A stretch of 64,000 nt of DNA from Nitrososphaerota archaeon (GTDB lineage Archaea > Thermoproteota > Nitrososphaeria > Nitrososphaerales > UBA57), in the NCBI GenBank assembly GCA_024860875.1, contig JACPSZ010000008.1, forward strand, positions 84,106 through 148,105, written 5' to 3'. Below are positions 62,466 through 64,000 of the stretch, piece by piece; the stretch's first letter is position 1, and the number at the start of each line of letters is the position of its first letter. The notes under the pieces are model-generated. The model worked only from the letters and a program-made list of their open reading frames with translations. It ran no database searches and had not been told where the DNA came from. The position numbers were made by a program, and so were the translations under genes.

Positions 62466-63208
62466 TAGCGGCTCACCTCAATCGGCCCTCTTGTAATCCT
62501 CTTCCTTCCAGTCTTCTTGGGTGCAATTAGGCCTACCTTCCTGCCCGGAGGTGCATTTCTAGATGTCGACGTTGATTTGCCTGGGTGCTGGTGCCTGCCC
62601 CCTCCAAATGGATGGTAAACTGCTGCCATTGCTATCCCTCTGACTCTCGGATATTGCTGGTTCTTGGCCATCTTAGCGTAATAGCGCTCGCCTGCTCGCA
62701 TGAACGGTTTCTCCGTCTTCCCTCCACCTGCAATTTTACCAAGGCTTGCCCTGCAATTTGAACTGATAATGAAACTCTTGCGTGATGGGAATCTTATGAT
62801 AGAATTGTCGCCTGTCTTTGAGAATAATATTGCGCTGCTGCCTGAAACTCTGACCAACTTGCCTCCGTCACCAAACCTCCTTTCAATGTTACATATTTCA
62901 GAACCTTCGGGGATACTTGCAAGAGGCAGAATGCTTCCCTGCTGCAGAGGGGCACTTGACCCCATATAGATGTCAGAGCCCACTGTTAAACCTGTAACAG
63001 CAGGTATGTAGTTCAGCGAACCATTGAACGAAATCTTGCACAGTGGAGCCGACCGGCCTCTTTCATGCACTAGATCGACTATCTTGCCAGTCACGAGTTC
63101 TTCAGGGTTGAAGAGAGGGTATTTTGCTGGTGCTATCTTACCTTTAGAGGGGGCTCTCCACTGCATTCCTCCCTTTCCTCTCCTCCTTACCAGAATACGC
63201 TTACCCAT
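62465..63208 (-). CDS. rpl2: 50S ribosomal protein uL2
   Basis: [16 protein letters not shown]..., [13 protein letters not shown], and [16 protein letters not shown]. Confidence 0.93.
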   Translation of the reverse strand: MGKRILVRRRGKGGMQWRAPSKGKIAPAKYPLFNPEELVTGKIVDLVHERGRSAPLCKISFNGSLNYIPAVTGLTVGSDIYMGSSAPLQQGSILPLASIPEGSEICNIERRFGDGGKLVRVSGSSAILFSKTGDNSIIRFPSRKSFIISSNCRASLGKIAGGGKTEKPFMRAGERYYAKMAKNQQYPRVRGIAMAAVYHPFGGGRHQHPGKSTSTSRNAPPGRKVGLIAPKKTGRKRITRGPIEVSR

Positions 63209-63475
63209 CTAGACAACACCTAACTTTGATGCAAGATCTGATGCTGATACGGTCGGGTCGAACCTTACGTAAGCCTTCTTGCCTATTGCAGTTATTACTG
63301 TATTAACAGATATCACCTTGGCTTCGTATAATGTCCCAATTGCTTCCCTAATTGTGTGCTTGTTGGCCTTTCTGTCAACTAAGAAGGCCAGTTTATTTTC
63401 TTTGTCTATCGTGTTAAAGACCTTCTCCGTAACATACGGCCTAATGACTATCTTCGATGCTTCTTCAGGTAGCAA
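63209..63475 (-). CDS. rpl23: 50S ribosomal protein uL23
   Basis: IVIRPYVTEKVFNTIDKENKLAFLVDRKANKHTIREAIGTLYEAKVISVNT. Confidence 0.92.
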   Translation of the reverse strand: MLPEEASKIVIRPYVTEKVFNTIDKENKLAFLVDRKANKHTIREAIGTLYEAKVISVNTVITAIGKKAYVRFDPTVSASDLASKLGVV

Positions 63476-64000
63476 TTACATTCACCCTTTCGTAGATTGG
63501 TTTTGGAAGTGCTGAAAGTGCTGATTTTGACCATACCGTTAGCCTACCTGCACTTGCACCGGGGGCTAAATCAAGAGTAGAAAGGTTTCTTGCTAAAACT
63601 GCCTTGATGCCAGGCAGCCCTTCTGCAGCGTTTGATATTCCCTTGTCCTCCGCTACGACTATTAGAGGACCAACTGGTTGCTTCTTTGTTCTGCCTCTTA
63701 GCCTTGAAGTACCAGAAAGTGCCTTTCCATTTGTAATTCTTTGGAGTTCGTCCTCAAGTTTAAGCTTTGCAAGTACTGTCTTGAGGTCTTTTGCTTTTGA
63801 TACACTTTCAATGTCGTCATTGACAACTATAGGTAATGTTGCCTTATTTCCAACCTTATGACCTCGAGCAGTAACAACATCTTTGTTTGAAGTCGCAGCG
63901 ATTGCAGATACCAGGGCAAGCCTCCTTTCCTTGCGGTTAAGGTTTTGGTAAACGATCTTTTCTGCTACTGGATGGTGCGTCTGCCTTCCATGAACCACCG
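63465..64000 (-). CDS. rpl4: 50S ribosomal protein uL4 (C-terminal part; gene continues past the window end)
   Basis: GRQTHHPVAEKIVYQNLNRKERRLALVSAIAATS...LIVVAEDKGI. Operon position upstream of L23. Confidence 0.88.
   Translation of the reverse strand, partial: VVHGRQTHHPVAEKIVYQNLNRKERRLALVSAIAATSNKDVVTARGHKVGNKATLPIVVNDDIESVSKAKDLKTVLAKLKLEDELQRITNGKALSGTSRLRGRTKKQPVGPLIVVAEDKGISNAAEGLPGIKAVLARNLSTLDLAPGASAGRLTVWSKSALSALPKPIYERVNVIAT

Noticed and set aside
1-64000. Search for CRISPR arrays, tRNA and rRNA genes
   Set aside because: Reading the intergenic regions turned up no regularly spaced direct repeats, no T-loop-type GGTTCGAATCC-like motifs with matching acceptor stems, and no rRNA-like segments. 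A tRNAscan/Infernal run would be needed for certainty.

Overview
The window is an archaeal chromosomal segment. The evidence is the archaeal-type ribosomal protein operon, which includes the eukaryote/archaea-specific proteins S4e, L32e, L19e and eS30 and has an RNase P Rpp29 subunit embedded in it. Further support comes from the fibrillarin/Nop5 pair, class I LysRS, Elp3, an ATP-dependent DNA ligase, and DUF373 and NFACT proteins. Membrane-anchored blue-copper proteins and the overall gene content suggest a TACK-type archaeon (Thaumarchaeota/Nitrososphaerota-like or a relative), but I cannot confirm this without a database search.

Layout:
- About 1-10.4 kb is an accessory-looking region. It holds a tandem-HTH regulator, a KaiC-like ATPase followed by two paralogous small ORFs, a VapBC toxin-antitoxin pair, a divergent cis-prenyltransferase paralog, an AT-rich orphan ORF, and a membrane protein with a degenerate RecA/KaiC-like domain.
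- About 10.5-51.6 kb is mostly housekeeping: pyk, uppS, rnhB, hsp20, flpA/nop5, pyrD/pyrK, elp3, lysK, a five-gene Opp/Dpp ABC transporter, lig, asnS, pyrC, NFACT and a RadA paralog. It is interrupted by one IS element with intact inverted repeats and an 8-bp target duplication, and by an 880-bp gene-free AT-rich stretch.
- 51.9-64.0 kb is the minus-strand ribosomal operon running L4 through SecY.

I recognised no rRNA, tRNA or CRISPR array by eye.

Most interesting observations:
- A convergent pair made of a Met-rich membrane wHTH regulator and a Met/Gly-repeat cupredoxin, a putative copper module.
- The KaiC-like ATPase with its two tandem paralogs of unknown function.
- A ~200-aa Lys/Pro/Glu/Val-rich N-terminal extension on ribosomal protein L32e.
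- A second, divergent UPPS-like gene.
- An IS whose transposase is cut by an in-frame TGA at a conserved Gly position.

Three short genes absent from the ORF track were found by hand translation: eS30, uS14 and a 42-aa Cys-containing ORF. All functional calls rest on motif recognition in the supplied translations; no database search was run.
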